A stretch of 64,000 nt of DNA, from NCBI GenBank assembly GCA_965277715.1, contig OZ255836.1:3616001-3680000 (forward strand), read 5' to 3'. This document shows positions 62,456 to 64,000 of the stretch, piece by piece. The translations under genes and the position numbers were made by a program. This DNA comes from Gammaproteobacteria bacterium (GTDB taxonomy: Bacteria > Pseudomonadota > Gammaproteobacteria > JBCCGL01). The notes beneath the pieces were generated by a model, which was not told the origin of the DNA, did no database searches, and worked only from the letters and a program-made list of their open reading frames with translations. Every line of letters starts with the position of its first letter. The stretch's first letter is position 1.

Positions 62456-64000
62456 TCTTTGGTCTGTTTCGTACCGACAAGCAGCCGGTAACAACGGTAG
62501 ATCTGGCATCCATCCGGTTGGCAATGGCGTGTTTTCCCCATCACTGCGCGGAGGACTGGCGGCATGCATCCATCGGCTTTGGTCGTTTATTGCGTTACAA
62601 CACCCCGGAATCGATTTATGAAAATCTGCCCTGTGTAAGTAATTCGGGGCGCTATGTACTGGTAGCCGATGCCCGGCTTGACAACCGGGATGAGCTTTTC
62701 GATTTGCTGTCTGTTCCCTTACCCGAACGTAAGTTCATGCCAGATAGTAGTTTAATACTTAAAGCCTATGAGCGATGGGAGGAAGAGTGTCCCCACCACC
62801 TGCTGGGCGACTGGTCATTCGCACTTTGGGATCACCACCTACAGCAACTGTTCATTGCGCGTGATCAGATCGGAGCAGGCGCGCTGTACTATTACCAAAA
62901 CGCGCATTTTATCGTTTTTTCCAGCGCGCTCAAGGGTGTCATGGCTTTGCCTGGCGTGCCTTCACAGCTTAACGAGTTAGCGGTGGCACAACTTGCAGCG
63001 GGCCAACGGCGCGACGCCCAAACGTTTTATAAAGATGTTTACCAATTGCCCGCAGGCCAATGGATGGCGGTCAACGCCCAACGGACCGTTCGCCAATACC
63101 ACTGGCGGCCCCAGGATATACAGCCGGTGACCTTCGCCAACGATCAGGATTATCTGGATGCTTTTCTCGAAATATACACCCAGGCCGTGTCTTGCCGTCT
63201 GCGCAGCCACGGTGAAGTGGCGGTAACCCTAAGTGGCGGGCTAGATTCCGGCTCGGTGGCGTCACTGGCGGCCAGGCAGAGGGCGCAATCCGGCGAACGG
63301 CTGAGAGCAATCTCCTGGCGGCCGGCCGACGGGGCTAATCTGGAAGGCGTGCCGACCAACCGCAGGGCGGATGAAACATCACTGATAGAAGCTACTAGCC
63401 GCCACGCAGGCAATATTGACGTGAGCTATATTCAACACGCCTATTTCACCCCACTGTCTGCCATTGATTATATGCTGGACACGCTACTCCAACCCCCCTT
63501 TACCTTTTCCGCCTGGTATTGGTTTATGTCCTTGCTGAAAATGGCTCAACAGCAAAATATCGCTACACTGCTTACCGGCCAGGCGGGCAACTTTACCGTG
63601 TCCTGGCAGGGCAACCGCGACAGTTACCTATTGGGCCTGTTACGCAGTGGTCGGTTTGGCACATTGGCGCACGAAGTCCGTTTATGGGCGCAACACCAAC
63701 GAAGGCCACTTTGGTGTAGCATGGCCAGCCAGCTTATCCGCCCGTTGTTTGCACCGTTGCATCGCCCTCATGGGCGCGAAGGGCGGAGGTTCATTCGAGC
63801 AGAAGCCGCCGCGCCGGTGCTGCGGACGCAAGCGCCCTACGATGCCGAATTAATGGCCAGGCAAAAGCAGGCCGCCGAACCCCTGTGCAACCTGATAGCG
63901 ATGTTCCAGTCGGGCAAGCTATCTTTGTCCCCAGAACTGGGGAGGTGCTTCGGCGTTGATGAACGCGCTCCAGTGCTGGATAAACGCCTGGTAGCGTTCT
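62452..64000 (+). CDS. Asparagine synthetase-like lasso cyclase (C protein), 3'-truncated by window edge; not in ORF track
   Basis: Manual translation from ATG 62452 is open to the end: ADARLDNRDEL, GDWSFALWD, LSGGLDS (SGGLDS at 63232-63249), LLTGQAGN, DKRLV; no N-terminal Cys. Confidence 0.88.
   Translation, partial: MIFGLFRTDKQPVTTVDLASIRLAMACFPHHCAEDWRHASIGFGRLLRYNTPESIYENLPCVSNSGRYVLVADARLDNRDELFDLLSVPLPERKFMPDSSLILKAYERWEEECPHHLLGDWSFALWDHHLQQLFIARDQIGAGALYYYQNAHFIVFSSALKGVMALPGVPSQLNELAVAQLAAGQRRDAQTFYKDVYQLPAGQWMAVNAQRTVRQYHWRPQDIQPVTFANDQDYLDAFLEIYTQAVSCRLRSHGEVAVTLSGGLDSGSVASLAARQRAQSGERLRAISWRPADGANLEGVPTNRRADETSLIEATSRHAGNIDVSYIQHAYFTPLSAIDYMLDTLLQPPFTFSAWYWFMSLLKMAQQQNIATLLTGQAGNFTVSWQGNRDSYLLGLLRSGRFGTLAHEVRLWAQHQRRPLWCSMASQLIRPLFAPLHRPHGREGRRFIRAEAAAPVLRTQAPYDAELMARQKQAAEPLCNLIAMFQSGKLSLSPELGRCFGVDERAPVLDKRLVAF

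Noticed and set aside
62452-64000. Ordinary glutamine-dependent asparagine synthetase AsnB
   Set aside because: No N-terminal catalytic Cys, and it is translationally coupled to RRE and B2 genes.

Overview
Chromosomal window from a probably marine, heterotrophic gammaproteobacterium (inferred from gene content). A housekeeping core (rsmE, dnaG, gltB, DamX-like, aroB, aroK, pilMNOPQ, mrcA, hemE, gltD, yqeY, rpsU, tsaD, plsY, bioC, cytochrome c oxidase cluster) is flanked by accessory regions. The left flank carries trimethylamine monooxygenase, a non-pyrrolysine MttB-family methyltransferase, a TAXI-TRAP transporter, PhyH and MmgE/PrpD enzymes and a VapBC pair. The right flank carries ABC transporters, doeB, LysE/EamA/RidA genes and the start of a split-B lasso-peptide-type cluster (B1-B2-C) whose cyclase runs off the window and is missing from the ORF track. 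Notable points: the mrcA-pil-aro-gltBD-hemE block looks circularly permuted and inserted between yqeY and dnaG; a MITE-like element with 23-bp inverted repeats sits at the new junction and supplies stop codons to three genes; there is a candidate anti-Shine-Dalgarno sRNA near 52.0 kb, three decayed genes and one small cox ORF missed by the track. No rRNA, tRNA, CRISPR array or intact transposase was seen. All family calls come from motif recognition by eye, not database searches.
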